A stretch of 64,000 bases of DNA from Vulcanimicrobiota bacterium (GCA_050250895.1 JBFWNU010000008.1:64001-128000), one strand, 5' to 3'; positions 19,851 to 32,916 are shown, numbered from the stretch's first letter. Numbers and translations are program-made. The notes: a model not told the origin generated them from the letters alone.

Positions 19851-20012
19851 CTACTCGGGGCGTTGAGTTTTTACACCGACCAGCTCCATGACGGAGCGAG
19901 TCTTTTTCCACTCTACCTTCAAGTAACCCGATACCCGCGGACGTGCGCCTGAGCGCTGTTCACGATTCTCTTTTTCGTCTTTTCCGATGAGAGCTGCCAA
20001 ACCGCCGGCCAT
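19851..20012 (-). CDS. Unannotated small basic protein (53 aa)
   Basis: MAGGLAALIGKDEKENREQRSGARPRVSGYLKVEWKKTRSVMELVGVKTQRPE; GGGAG/GAGG upstream; followed by a terminator; alternative ATG at 20021. Confidence 0.55.
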   Translation of the reverse strand: MAGGLAALIGKDEKENREQRSGARPRVSGYLKVEWKKTRSVMELVGVKTQRPE

Positions 20013-20136
20013 AATCCTCATCTCCCTTACCGTGTTCTTGATCTCATTGTAGCCTGGCCGGGGAAGCTGGCGAAGGTCAACTCCTTGCGACGAAGTTAAT
20101 CCTGTGAACGGATATTGCTGACATGTTGTTGGCTTG

Positions 20137-21198
20137 TTAATTCTGGCTGATTTGAGCCAGAGTGACCACCACGGTGTCGGTTTTGCCCTGGTGGCGGCGC
20201 TGGAAGGTCATCTTGGTGCCGGGGGCGCTGTTGGCCACCTGTTCGCGCAGGGCGTCGGGCTCAGACAGTTTCTGGCCGTCGGCCTCGAGCAAGATGTCGC
20301 CCTTCTCGATGCCGGCTTGGTGGGCCGGGCCGTCGCGTTCGAGATCGGTCACGATCAGGCCCTCCGGCGAGGGCAGGTCCAGCAATTCGACCGCAGCCAG
20401 GGTGACGGGTTGCGTTCGCAGGCCCAGGTAAGAGCGGTCGATCTTGCCGTGGGCAATGAGTTTCTCGGCCACGTTCCGGGCCGTGTTCGAGGGGACGGCA
20501 AAGCCGATCCCCTGGGCGAACGGAATGATGGCCGTGTTGATGCCCACGATCTGCCCTTTGAGGTTGGCCAGCGGCCCGCCACTGTTGCCGGGGTTGATGG
20601 CGGCGTCGGTTTGCAAGAGGCCGGTCAGCTCTTTGCCGGGAGCCTCCAGCCGCCGTCCCCGACTCGAGAGCACACCGACCGTGACCGAGTGCCCGAAACC
20701 ATAGGGATTACCCACGGCGACCAGCCACTCTCCCACCTGGATTGCGTCGGAGTCGCCAAACTCGAGGTAGGCCAGGTCTTTGGCCTGGATTCGCACCACG
20801 GCCAGGTCGGTGAAGGGGTCGGCCCCTACCAGGGTGGCCATCAGCGGCTCGCGGTCCGGCAGACTGACGCGAATCTTCTTGGCCTTGCGCACCACGTGAT
20901 GGTTGGTCAGCAGGTAGCCATCGGCTCGAATGACCACCGCCGAGCCTTCTCCTAACGAGGGACGAGCCTCGGGAGACAGGTCGGTGGGGTCGACCTGGTC
21001 TGAACTAGAGACCTGAATGCTGGCCACGGCCTTTCCGACCGCCTCGGCGGCTGCTTCGACCTGATCGAACCTGCTCTCTCCGGTCGAGACCACCGTGACC
21101 GGCGAGGCCGGACCCGACGAGCCGACTCGCATCAGGCCGCCCCCGACCAGTGCCCCCAGCAGCGCGGCGAGAAAATAGCCCGCCGCCTGCTGTTTCAC
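20137..21198 (-). CDS. htrA: HtrA/DegP-family serine protease with PDZ domain
   Basis: TNHHVV, DLAV, QTDAAINPGNSGG; C-terminal PDZ. Confidence 0.93.
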   Translation of the reverse strand: MKQQAAGYFLAALLGALVGGGLMRVGSSGPASPVTVVSTGESRFDQVEAAAEAVGKAVASIQVSSSDQVDPTDLSPEARPSLGEGSAVVIRADGYLLTNHHVVRKAKKIRVSLPDREPLMATLVGADPFTDLAVVRIQAKDLAYLEFGDSDAIQVGEWLVAVGNPYGFGHSVTVGVLSSRGRRLEAPGKELTGLLQTDAAINPGNSGGPLANLKGQIVGINTAIIPFAQGIGFAVPSNTARNVAEKLIAHGKIDRSYLGLRTQPVTLAAVELLDLPSPEGLIVTDLERDGPAHQAGIEKGDILLEADGQKLSEPDALREQVANSAPGTKMTFQRRHQGKTDTVVVTLAQISQN

Positions 21199-21557
21199 GA
21201 GGTCAGGCCGACGGCCTTCGAGTCAAAGACCACGGGGGCGTCTTTCCATAGACCCTCGAGGTCGTAGAACTCGCGCTCTTGCTGGAGGAAGACGTGAATC
21301 ACTACATCGCCGTAGTCAATCAAGATCCAGGCCCCTTCTTCCAGGCCCTGAATGCGTCGCTTCTGGTGCCCCTTCTGGTTGAGCGATTCTTCGATCGAGC
21401 GCGCGATGTCGCGAGTCTGCACTCGGGTGGGAGCGCTGCTGACCACGAAATAATCGCACAGGACGCTGATCTTGCCGACATCGAGAATGACCACATCGCG
21501 GGCTCGCTTGTCGACGGCTGTGTCGGCTGCGGTTTGGGCAATTTGCAGACTATCCAA
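21195..21557 (-). CDS. rsfS: Ribosomal silencing factor RsfS
   Basis: DKRARDVVILDV, DYFVV, WILIDYGDVVIHVF..REFYDLEGLW. Confidence 0.95.
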   Translation of the reverse strand: MDSLQIAQTAADTAVDKRARDVVILDVGKISVLCDYFVVSSAPTRVQTRDIARSIEESLNQKGHQKRRIQGLEEGAWILIDYGDVVIHVFLQQEREFYDLEGLWKDAPVVFDSKAVGLTS

Positions 21558-21601
21558 TAACAGGTTCCTCTCTTGCTGGCAGGCCGTGCCGCCCCCAACT
21601 C

Positions 21602-22206
21602 TTAGCCGGATGCGGCCTTAACCCCTTTCCGGTAAAGGTGATGCTGGCGGATGTAGCTTTCGACCGCCCAGGGTACAAGATATCCGACCGGGCGCCCCTC
21701 GGCCACCCTCGTGCGGATGTCGCTCGAGGAGATATCCAGCGCCGGCATGGCGAGCACTCGGATTTTGTCACGTCGGCTCAATCCGAGCTGGTCGAGGTGA
21801 CGACCAAGTTCGTCTAGTCCGAAGCCGGGCCGCGTGGCCGCCACCATCAACTCCAGTCGCTCGAGCACCTCGTCGAGCGATTTCCAGCGATAGCGAAGCG
21901 CGTCAGCTCCAGTGATGAACGTATAGCGATGCTCGGCCGGCAGCTGGCGCAGTGTGTCGATGGTATAAGAAGCCTCGGCACTGTCGAGTTCGAGCGTGCA
22001 TACCTTGAACTCGGGCCTATCGGCGATGGCGACCCGGACCATCGCCAGCCGGTCTTCGGCCGGGGCCAGGTCGGTTTTCTTGTGGACCGGAGCCCGGTTG
22101 GGCACGAACCAGACCTGTTCCAGGTCCAGCTCGTACCGGGCTTCCTGAGCGAGAAAAAGATGACCGTGGTGAATCGGGTTGAAGGTTCCACCAATCAGGC
22201 CGATCC

Positions 22207-22210
<4 letters not shown>
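21602..22210 (-). CDS. nadD: Nicotinate-nucleotide adenylyltransferase
   Basis: [21 protein letters not shown] and ISSSDIR motifs. Confidence 0.95.
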
Positions 22211-24909
<2,699 letters not shown>

Positions 24910-24992
24910 CTGTTGGTCTCCGTTTTTCGTCTTACCTATAAGACTATCGAGTCCAACAGCCCGGATCCTGCTAGCTAGACTGCGCGGTGAGC

Positions 24993-25469
24993 CTACTTCT
25001 GTTCTTTCTTGTCAGAAAGGTTCTTCAGGCTCTGGCGCAGGTCGTGGTATTCGTCTTGCGTCTCGGCTTTGAAGTCATCCCATTCTTCGGCCGTCACGTC
25101 GGCAAAGTGCTGGGCGTTCTTTTCCAATTCCTGGTATTGCTCTTCGCTCTCGTTTACCATCTCCTGAAATTCGTCGGCCGCGTCGTCTTTGAAATTTTTG
25201 GCTTCGGCTTTGAACTCGTCGAGCTCCTGGCGAGCTTCCTTGAGTTCTTCGTCCATCTTCTGCTGCATCTGCTGACGCTGCTCATAGGTGTAGGCGGACC
25301 AGGTCTCGCCGGCATCCTCGGCCTGTTGCTGCACCTGCTCGATGGTCGTAGTCGAGGTGGCGACCGGAGTGGGATTGGTCTCATCCGATGTTTGAGGAGG
25401 GGTATTGCAGCCTCCTAAAGTCAGAATGGCCGCCAGCGCCAGGCCGGGCAGATAGATTGTGTTACGCAT
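24993..25469 (-). CDS. Acidic alpha-helical lipoprotein, function unknown
   Basis: Lipobox LGGC; E/Q/D-rich helices; AAGGAA RBS before ATG 25469. Confidence 0.75.
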   Translation of the reverse strand: MRNTIYLPGLALAAILTLGGCNTPPQTSDETNPTPVATSTTTIEQVQQQAEDAGETWSAYTYEQRQQMQQKMDEELKEARQELDEFKAEAKNFKDDAADEFQEMVNESEEQYQELEKNAQHFADVTAEEWDDFKAETQDEYHDLRQSLKNLSDKKEQK

Positions 25470-25482
25470 ATTGGTTCCTTTC

Positions 25483-25854
25483 TTATCGATCCACCAGCAC
25501 GATTTCATCCATATGGACGTGTGCGTGAACCGTCTCGTCGGATTCGCGGGGATAAGCTTTAGACCGGAAGGTATAGGTCTCGTCGGGTTTTAGGCTCCGG
25601 CTGATTCGGATGACCCGAGGCTCGCTACCGGGGTCACCTTCGAGGGTAATGACCATGTCGACCCGACTGGTGTCTGGCCCGAAGTTCTCCAGCACCACCA
25701 GTGCGCTCACCTGTTGCTCGTCGGGATGATCGAGCAGGTTGAACTTCACGATTTCCACTCCAGGCCGGCGGACCTCGGGGACCGCGGCGGCCGGGGTGGC
25801 CGAAATAGCTTGATAGGTCAGTATAGACATTAAAGTGATGATCAGATATCGCAT
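25483..25854 (-). CDS. Hypothetical exported protein (beta-sandwich-like)
   Basis: MRYLIITLMSIL signal peptide; lies directly upstream of the lipoprotein gene. Confidence 0.6.
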   Translation of the reverse strand: MRYLIITLMSILTYQAISATPAAAVPEVRRPGVEIVKFNLLDHPDEQQVSALVVLENFGPDTSRVDMVITLEGDPGSEPRVIRISRSLKPDETYTFRSKAYPRESDETVHAHVHMDEIVLVDR

Positions 25855-26011
25855 ACTTCCATGGTAAAGCGGTCCCGGAGGAAGTCCGAACATCCTGGGG
25901 GGTAGGCCAGGGGCATCGTCTCGTACTAGTCGAGGGCCTATCCATGAGTATGGCGCCGGTCGACCCTCACGGATCACGAGTTGAGAGTTCGCAGTCCGGG
26001 ATAATGTAGCT

Positions 26012-26260
26012 ATGAAAACTCCAGAACAACAAATGATTCCTACCCCTGCCAGTCTCCTGACGGTCGACGAAGCGGCTCAGCGCCTCAATGTCGACCCGAT
26101 GACCATCCGCGAGATGCTGGCCAACCACCAGGTGCAAACGATCGATGTCGATGGCGAGCCCCGCCTCGAGGTCCGGCAATTGGACGCCCTCACCAGTCGC
26201 AGCCTGAAGGACGCGCTGGTGGGCGGCTCGGGCGAAACCCCCCGACCGCTCCTCGATTAG
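26012..26260 (+). CDS. Small excisionase/MerR-like HTH DNA-binding protein
   Basis: LLTVDEAAQRLNVDPMTIREML (HTH_17-like). Confidence 0.75.
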   Translation: MKTPEQQMIPTPASLLTVDEAAQRLNVDPMTIREMLANHQVQTIDVDGEPRLEVRQLDALTSRSLKDALVGGSGETPRPLLD

Positions 26261-26973
26261 CGATACAACTGCGCATAAGCGTCGTCTAGCATGTCGAGCT
26301 GTCGCCGAAGTTGGTCCATCCTGGCCGCCGGTTGATAGCTCGACTTCATTTGGTTGCGGGCTTGATGGACCTCACGCATCGGCTCGACTGCACTAACGCC
26401 CTCCTCGAGGGCTACCCGTAGACGGGTTAGCGACCTCTGCAAGCGGGTCAGGGAACGGTCGCCCGGGTTGGCCTGCACCAGCTCGGTACTAAGGCGCTCG
26501 GCGGTGAGGGCGGTGTCGCGGAAACCCTCGGCCGTATAGCGGGGAACGACGGACGACGGAGCCACCGGTGGCGCGCTGGTGGTGGGGGCGGGTAAGGTCA
26601 CGGGAGCGGTCCCACCGCGGTAGAGCGGGCTGGTGCCGACCGGCGGCAGGTCAAGGTTCACTCCCTGGTTGGCCGCTTCGGCCTTGACCGTATCCTCGAA
26701 GGCCACCATCTCTTGGCGCGCGGTCTGCGAGGTCGAGTGGCTCCAGAAGATGGTGCGAGTGTCGCTAAAGAAGCCGAGCCAATGCTGACGTTGCTGGGCA
26801 TCTTGTCCGGTGAGGTCGGCGGCCGAATCGCTCAGCAAGGCAAAGCGCAGGTTGAGGTTCTCGGGAGCCGGAATGAGCCGGGCCAGGTTGTCGGCCTGAC
26901 CAGCGATGGTGTCGGTCTGGCCCCAGGCCAGGCCTGGCGCTAGAAACAGCAGTAGAATCAATAGTCTCTTCAC
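26257..26973 (-). CDS. Hypothetical secreted protein
   Basis: GAGGAGG RBS; MKRLLILLLFLAPGLAWG signal; P/T linker between helical domains. Confidence 0.7.
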   Translation of the reverse strand: MKRLLILLLFLAPGLAWGQTDTIAGQADNLARLIPAPENLNLRFALLSDSAADLTGQDAQQRQHWLGFFSDTRTIFWSHSTSQTARQEMVAFEDTVKAEAANQGVNLDLPPVGTSPLYRGGTAPVTLPAPTTSAPPVAPSSVVPRYTAEGFRDTALTAERLSTELVQANPGDRSLTRLQRSLTRLRVALEEGVSAVEPMREVHQARNQMKSSYQPAARMDQLRRQLDMLDDAYAQLYR

Positions 26974-26989
26974 GGGTTGTTCCTCCTCA

Positions 26990-28042
26990 TTAGTCCACCT
27001 TGCAGCGGGCCAGAAAGTCGTCGATGGATTCTTCCACGGGACGGGCGTTTTTGGTTAATAGCAGGCGGGTGCCATACGGGCCTGTGTCGAGGGTCAGAGC
27101 GTCGAGCATCTCCAGCATGATGGAAAAGCCCATGCCCAGCGACACAGCGGTCGAGAACCCTTTCTGCAGGGTTGCCCTGGCCAGGAAGTTGCGGTCGAGC
27201 CCCGGTCCCGAGTCTTCAATCAAGACCTGGATCTGGTCCGGGCCGGCAAACACGCCGAGGCGCCCTCCCGAACAGTGTTTCACCACGTTGGTGGCCGCCT
27301 CCGAGACGCAAACCACTAATTCGTGCAGGCGGTCTTCGTCAAGGACCGGAGCGGCCAGACTCTCGGCTAGACTACGGGCCACGGGAACCGAGGCCGGCGA
27401 GTTCAGCATCACCCAGTGAGGGGTGTTCAGTTGCTCGAGGCGGCGGCTCATCTCGCTGTGCTCGACGAGTTCCAACCGTCCTCCCGTGACGGCTTTGAGA
27501 ACGTCAGCCACGAAGGTGGTGCGACGACGTTCTTCCAGCCGACGGATGCGCTCGATCTCGAGCTGCTTCTCGACCCGGGCGCGCCGCCTCTCTTCGCGGC
27601 AACGGGCCTCGTGCAGATACTTTTGGCGCAGCAGAGCGCGGACCCGAGCCACCAGTTCGACCCGGTTGACCGGCTTGGCCATCAGGTCGTCGGCGCCCAG
27701 TTCATAGCTCTTGACTCGCGAGTCGAGATCCGAGGCCGAAGTCACCATCACCACCGGCACGAGCTGAAGCTGGGGATCGTTCTTGAGACGACGGCAAAGC
27801 TCGAAACCGTCGAGGCCCGGCATTCTAACGTCGAGGAGGATCAGGTCTGGCAGCAGCACTTCGAGCTGGGCCAGGGCCATCTCGGCATTTTGTGACGAAA
27901 TGACTCCGAAGCCCTCTTCCGAGAGCATCGCCGCCACGCACTGGCGCCCGATTCTCTCGTCGTCGATGATCATGATGGTGGCGTTCTCGAGGCTTTCAAT
28001 GGTGTTTCGCCTGGGGGCGGCTTGAAGGACCGTCATGGACAT
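26990..28042 (-). CDS. Response regulator receiver fused to RsbW-like HATPase domain
   Basis: IIDDE..LLDVRMPGLDG..KP receiver; VSEAATNVVKH, IEDSGPG and SLGMGF boxes. Confidence 0.85.
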   Translation of the reverse strand: MSMTVLQAAPRRNTIESLENATIMIIDDERIGRQCVAAMLSEEGFGVISSQNAEMALAQLEVLLPDLILLDVRMPGLDGFELCRRLKNDPQLQLVPVVMVTSASDLDSRVKSYELGADDLMAKPVNRVELVARVRALLRQKYLHEARCREERRRARVEKQLEIERIRRLEERRRTTFVADVLKAVTGGRLELVEHSEMSRRLEQLNTPHWVMLNSPASVPVARSLAESLAAPVLDEDRLHELVVCVSEAATNVVKHCSGGRLGVFAGPDQIQVLIEDSGPGLDRNFLARATLQKGFSTAVSLGMGFSIMLEMLDALTLDTGPYGTRLLLTKNARPVEESIDDFLARCKVD

Positions 28043-28075
28043 AAGCTCCCTTGCTGTTGATCTAGCTGTAGCTGG

Positions 28076-28828
28076 TTAGCGGTCGGTGACCGGTTGGGCG
28101 ACGGGCGGGTTGTAGGGCACCGCCATCACCCACTCGGACGCATGCTCGATTCGGTCGGCGGGTAGAGGGTGAGAACCTAGCAGGGTATTGAGAAAGCCCG
28201 GGGTTCCTCCGCCCCCCTGCTGGGCCAGGGTCCGTAGGGCGGCCACGGCATAGACGGGGTCGAAGCCCGCTTTGGCCATCAGCACGGCTCCGTACTGGTC
28301 GGCTTCGGCCTCGTGCTGCTGGCTATGCTGGCTATTGATGACTTTATCTACCAGGGCGACCGTATTAGCCGAGCCCTGCGAGAGGTTGCCCCCGCTAGTG
28401 CCCATCACGATGGCGATCAGTCCGATCCGGGTCCACTGGGCGCCTTCGATTTGACGCACCGAGTGACGCTTGTCGACATGGCCGATTTCGTGAGCCAACA
28501 CAAAGGCTAGCTGGTCGTCGTCGAGACCCTGCATCAAACCACGGGTGGCATAGACGAAGCCCCCAGGAAAGGCGGCTGCATTGAATTCATTGACGTTCAC
28601 GATGCGAAACTGCCAGGGCAGATCGCGCCGCTCGGCCTGACCAATCAAGCGCGCCCCGATGCGGTCGAGCCGGGCCTGCATGTTCGGGTCGTTGACCAGG
28701 CCGTACTCTTGCTCGAAGCGGGCGGCCGCTTCGCGGCCGATGGTGATCTCATCTTGAGTCGACATAGCCCAGGCCGATCCGGAGACGAGGATCAGGAACA
28801 GGCCAAGGGTGAAGAACTTTTTCAGCAT
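28076..28828 (-). CDS. M48 family metallopeptidase (exported)
   Basis: NAAAFPGG, LAHEIGH, EAEAD and SHP motifs; signal peptide. Confidence 0.9.
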   Translation of the reverse strand: MLKKFFTLGLFLILVSGSAWAMSTQDEITIGREAAARFEQEYGLVNDPNMQARLDRIGARLIGQAERRDLPWQFRIVNVNEFNAAAFPGGFVYATRGLMQGLDDDQLAFVLAHEIGHVDKRHSVRQIEGAQWTRIGLIAIVMGTSGGNLSQGSANTVALVDKVINSQHSQQHEAEADQYGAVLMAKAGFDPVYAVAALRTLAQQGGGGTPGFLNTLLGSHPLPADRIEHASEWVMAVPYNPPVAQPVTDR

Positions 28829-28908
28829 CAGAACCTCCTACCTAGAGACTAGGGGAGGTTCTCGATGGTGCGTAGGTCCGCGAGAGGGTCGCGGGGGCAT
28901 CCCAGGGG

Positions 28909-30780
28909 CTACCTTGGGGCCGGGACCTGGGTCTCTGGGGCCAGGATCTTCTCCAATTGACTCTGGCTAAGGCTTTCGTGTTCGAGCAAAGCGTGAGCCA
29001 GATTGTCCAGCCGACTGCGGTGGTCGCGCAACAGTTGAGCCGCGCGCTGTTGACACTGGTCGAGCAGGACGCGTACCTCCTCATCCACCAACCGAGCCGT
29101 GGACTCGCTGTGGTCACGGGGTCGGGCCATTTCGCGCCCCAGGAAGGGATGCTCCTGGCTGACGCTGGCGTGGGTGGGACCAAGCCGTTCGCTCATGCCG
29201 AACTCGGCCACCATCTTGCGAGCCAGCTGGTTAGCCCGCTTGAGGTCGTCCGCAGCTCCCGAGGTTCGTTCCTGATAGACCAGATACTCGGCCTCACGGC
29301 CGGCCAACAAGACGGTCAGGCGGGCCGTCAAAAGGCCCTGGGTAAGGCTGTGTCGGTCTTCTTCAGGAGCCTGTTCGGTCACACCCAGAGCGCGGCCCCG
29401 GGGGATGATGGTCACCTTGCGCAAAGGATCGGCCTCGGGTAGCAGACTAGCTACCAGAGCGTGGCCTGATTCATGATAGGCTACCCGCTCCCGCTCGAGC
29501 CCCTCCAGGCCTTCATCCCGTTCGCTGCCGAGCAGGATGCGGTCCCGAGCCTCTTCGAACTGGGCCAGGCCCACCACCTCAAGACCTTCTCGTCCGGCCA
29601 GCAGGGCGGCTTCATTGACCAGGTTTCTCAACTCGGCGCCCGAAAAGCCCACCGTTCGCTCAGCCACCCTGGGCAGATGGACTTCTGGAGCCAGGGGGAC
29701 GCCTCGCGAGTGGAGTCTCAGTATCTCGAGGCGGGCTTGGCGCCGGGGTAGGTCGGTGCTGATGGTGCGATCGAACCTGCCTGGTCGGGTCAACGCGGGG
29801 TCGAGCACATCGGGACGGTTGGTGGCCGCCAGGACGACCACCGGTTGGCCCGAAGAGAAGCCGTCCATCTCGGCCAGGATCTGGTTGAGGGTCTGCTCGC
29901 GTTCGTCATTGCCGCCCCCCATGCCGGTGCCGCGAGAACGACCCACCGAGTCGATCTCGTCGATAAAGATGATCGAAGGAGCTGCCTTTTTGGCCTGTTC
30001 GAACAGGTCACGCACGCGCGAGGCCCCTACCCCCACGAACATCTCGATGAAGTGAGAGCCGCTAATACTGAAGAACGGCACCTCGGCCTCGCCAGCCACG
30101 GCGCGAGCCAAAAGGGTCTTGCCGGTGCCGGGGGGTCCCATCAGCAGCACCCCGCGCGGGATGCGGGCGCCCAGACGTTGGTATTTGCCGGGCTGGCGCA
30201 GATAGTCGACGATTTCCACCAGGTCGGCCTTGGCATTGGCCAGGCCGGCGACGTCTCCAAAAGTCACGTCCTCGGTAGTGCGCTTGTGCAGGGTGGCCTG
30301 GCTGCGCCCAAAGTTGAACAGGTTGGATTTCATGCCCTGGCCTCCCAGACGATTGCGCAGGGCTTTGCCGACGGAATACAGGATTACCAGCAGCAAGACC
30401 CAGGGCAGTACGCCCAGTAGAAGCGGGGCCAGCCAGCCGCTGGAGCGCTCGACGCGAAGGTCGACTCCGTGGCTTAACAACAGCTCGCCCAGCTGCTCCT
30501 GGTCAAAGTCTGGTACCACGGTCGTGAACTCCTCGACCGGTTCAGGATAGTCGCTTAGCTCCGTTTGCTTTTTCAGTTTTCCCTTCAGGTTCGAGCCTTC
30601 CATGACCACAGCCTCGACGTTGCCGGCCTGCAGTTGGTGGCGAAAATCGCTGTAGGCCAGGTTGGGGGCCTGGCCGAACTGAAGGATGGCCAGCACGAAG
30701 AACGGCAGGCCCAACCAAAAGAGCTGGCCGAGGCAGCCAAAAAGCTGCCCCGACCGCAGCGTCAATTTAGATTTGGACAC
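28909..30780 (-). CDS. ftsH: ATP-dependent zinc metalloprotease FtsH
   Basis: 2 TM; [37 protein letters not shown]. Confidence 0.95.
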   Translation of the reverse strand: MSKSKLTLRSGQLFGCLGQLFWLGLPFFVLAILQFGQAPNLAYSDFRHQLQAGNVEAVVMEGSNLKGKLKKQTELSDYPEPVEEFTTVVPDFDQEQLGELLLSHGVDLRVERSSGWLAPLLLGVLPWVLLLVILYSVGKALRNRLGGQGMKSNLFNFGRSQATLHKRTTEDVTFGDVAGLANAKADLVEIVDYLRQPGKYQRLGARIPRGVLLMGPPGTGKTLLARAVAGEAEVPFFSISGSHFIEMFVGVGASRVRDLFEQAKKAAPSIIFIDEIDSVGRSRGTGMGGGNDEREQTLNQILAEMDGFSSGQPVVVLAATNRPDVLDPALTRPGRFDRTISTDLPRRQARLEILRLHSRGVPLAPEVHLPRVAERTVGFSGAELRNLVNEAALLAGREGLEVVGLAQFEEARDRILLGSERDEGLEGLERERVAYHESGHALVASLLPEADPLRKVTIIPRGRALGVTEQAPEEDRHSLTQGLLTARLTVLLAGREAEYLVYQERTSGAADDLKRANQLARKMVAEFGMSERLGPTHASVSQEHPFLGREMARPRDHSESTARLVDEEVRVLLDQCQQRAAQLLRDHRSRLDNLAHALLEHESLSQSQLEKILAPETQVPAPR

Positions 30781-30795
30781 GGCTTTGGGACGTTC

Positions 30796-31236
30796 CTAAG
30801 AGAGTTCGATGGTCTTGCCGCGAGAAACAGTCTTCTCGGTCTTCGGCAGGGTCAGCGAAAGGACGCCGTCGTCCATCTTTCCGTCGATACGGTCGCGATC
30901 GACGTTCTCTGGTAGGACCAGCGAGCGCACGAAGGAACCGTAGCTCTTCTCGACTCGGTGGAAGGTCTCGCCATTCTTTTCTTCTTCGTTCTGGCGATTG
31001 GCGCGGATAGTCAGACGGTTTTCGTCGAGCTTGACCTCCACATTCTCTTTCTTGATGCCCGGGAGGTCGATTTCGACCCGGTAGGCGTCTTCGCGCTCCG
31101 AGATATTCAGCTGGGGAAAGTTGTTGCCATAGCCGCCCTCGCCGAAGAATCGGTTGAGCATGCGATCGAACTCGCGCTGAACCTCCTGGGCTCCGGCATT
31201 GACGATTCTAAAGGGGGTCATTGGGGTGAGTTTCAT
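30796..31236 (-). CDS. Small heat-shock protein Hsp20
   Basis: DLPGIKKENVEV, FHRVEKSYGSFVRS..LP, DGVLSLTLPK; AAGGAG RBS before ATG 31236. Confidence 0.93.
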   Translation of the reverse strand: MKLTPMTPFRIVNAGAQEVQREFDRMLNRFFGEGGYGNNFPQLNISEREDAYRVEIDLPGIKKENVEVKLDENRLTIRANRQNEEEKNGETFHRVEKSYGSFVRSLVLPENVDRDRIDGKMDDGVLSLTLPKTEKTVSRGKTIELS

Positions 31237-31449
31237 GAGAGAGGTCTCCTTTCTGGATTGGACCACCGCGAGCGGCGGTGTCTTTGTCTCTAGCCTAGGA
31301 GTTCTTGGATTGTCAGGCCACATACGCTCGGATCACGCCGGCCTATACCAGGGTGAGAGCCGATGCCAGGATAGCATCCGAAAGGGTCCCCGGCGGTTAT
31401 CCGGTTTTAGCTGGCCCGCCAGCCGCTGACATGGCACCCTTGAAAGACG

Positions 31450-32916
31450 ATGGAATGGTTACGGGAAGCCCAGTTGCCGGAGTGGTCCGACCTGCTCGAT
31501 ATGGCGGTGTTGGGCTTTGTGCTGTACCAGGTCCTGAGCCTGATGCGCGGAACTCGGGCGGTCCGTTGGATGGCCGGCGTGGTTTTGCTGGTCTTTAGCT
31601 ACTGGCTGAGCGGCCTGGAGGCGGTGGGCTTGCAGACGGTCCACGAGGTGCTCGGGTACGTCTTGCTCTATATTCCTCTAGCCGTCATCGTTGTCTTTCA
31701 GGATACGATCCGCCACAGTTTGACCCTCATCACCCGCAATCCCCTGAGCTATTTCTCGAACAAGGCACGCGATCGCTGTGAGTGGCTCGACCAGGTGGTT
31801 GGAGCGGCCGCCGAGCTCGCGTCGGAGGGGTTGGGCGGGCTCTATGTGATCGAGCGCGACGAGTCGCTGGAAGAACTCGACGGCGGGGTCAGTCTGGATG
31901 CCCAGGTCAGTGGGCCGTTGTTGGTTTCTATGCTCTGGCCCAACGGGCCCCTCCATGACGGCGCCGTGGTGATCAGCCAGGGACGGGTGCGGGCGGCCTG
32001 CGTGGTGTTACCCCTGACCGAGCGCGAGGGAATCTCCATCTCGTTAGGCACCCGGCATCGCGCCGCCCTGGGGGCGTCTGAGGTTTGCGACTGTGCGGTG
32101 GTGGTGATCTCTGAGGAGCGAGGAACCGTTTCGGTGGCCATCGACGGCGAGCTGGCCAGTTACGCAGGGCGCGGCGAACTCTACGATTGCCTGGCTTCGC
32201 ACCTGTGGCCCCAGGAGCCGGAGTGGAAGAAGCCGCGAGCCACTCTAATTCAGCGCCTTCGCGACGGCTGGCCTTCGAAGGTGCTTTCGGCGGTGCTGGC
32301 GGCCCTGCTCTGGGCCACCCTGGGAGTGCGCCACGACCGGGTGCTCGACCTCGAGCTACCCCTCGAGGTGCGCGTTTCGGACAGGGTGCTGGTCACCTCG
32401 GGCCTGGCCGACAGGGTCAGGGTTCGAGTGAGTGCGCCCGAGGCGGTGCTAAGAAACCTCGACCGTGACCGGATGGCACCGATCATCGAATTGCCCGATA
32501 TCGAACCTGGACGTTCCCGGATTTCTTTGTATCCTTATCTCACCGATCTCCCGGGAGGGGCAAAACTGGTTTGGGTCCGGCCCGACCATCTCGACCTTGA
32601 GGTCGAACCCAAGCGGGTCGTGTCGGTGCCGCTGTCGCTCGAGGTGGAGGGAGAGCCTGCTGAGGGTTATGTGGCTGGCGAGCCGGTGTTGGAGCCGGCC
32701 AAAATCCAGGTGGAGGGGCCGGCCAGTTCCCTTCGCAACGGTCGGCGTCCAACCGTCGTGGCCGGACTCGTCCGCCTCGAGGGAACCGAGCGAGAGCCGG
32801 TGTCGGTGCGCCGCGCCCCTCTGCTCGAGGATGCCCCCGATGAATGGCGATTGGTGGACCCTTACCAGCTGGTCAAGGTTCGCGTGCCGGTCAAGCCCGT
32901 GCCCGACGACGGCTAA
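31450..32916 (+). CDS. cdaA: Diadenylate cyclase CdaA fused to YbbR (CdaR-like) domains
   Basis: 3 N-terminal TM; PLHDGAVVI, LGTRHRAA and SEERG motifs; extra TM (SKVLSAVLAALLW), then YbbR-like repeats (VEGEPAEGY..EP..IQVEGP). Confidence 0.88.
   Translation: MEWLREAQLPEWSDLLDMAVLGFVLYQVLSLMRGTRAVRWMAGVVLLVFSYWLSGLEAVGLQTVHEVLGYVLLYIPLAVIVVFQDTIRHSLTLITRNPLSYFSNKARDRCEWLDQVVGAAAELASEGLGGLYVIERDESLEELDGGVSLDAQVSGPLLVSMLWPNGPLHDGAVVISQGRVRAACVVLPLTEREGISISLGTRHRAALGASEVCDCAVVVISEERGTVSVAIDGELASYAGRGELYDCLASHLWPQEPEWKKPRATLIQRLRDGWPSKVLSAVLAALLWATLGVRHDRVLDLELPLEVRVSDRVLVTSGLADRVRVRVSAPEAVLRNLDRDRMAPIIELPDIEPGRSRISLYPYLTDLPGGAKLVWVRPDHLDLEVEPKRVVSVPLSLEVEGEPAEGYVAGEPVLEPAKIQVEGPASSLRNGRRPTVVAGLVRLEGTEREPVSVRRAPLLEDAPDEWRLVDPYQLVKVRVPVKPVPDDG

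Noticed and set aside
18950-19866. CRISPR array, or protein-coding ORFs, in the repeat region
   Set aside because: Units are about 110 bp with no unique spacers and no cas genes; indels between copies shift frames, and the ORFs are R/P/G-rich in all frames
26012-26260. Excisionase as a sign of a prophage or ICE
   Set aside because: No integrase, att site, tRNA or structural genes; stand-alone HTH_17 genes are common
31237-31449. CIRCE or HAIR element upstream of hsp20
   Set aside because: No TTAGCACTC-N9-GAGTGCTAA or CTTGAGT-N7-ACTCAAG found
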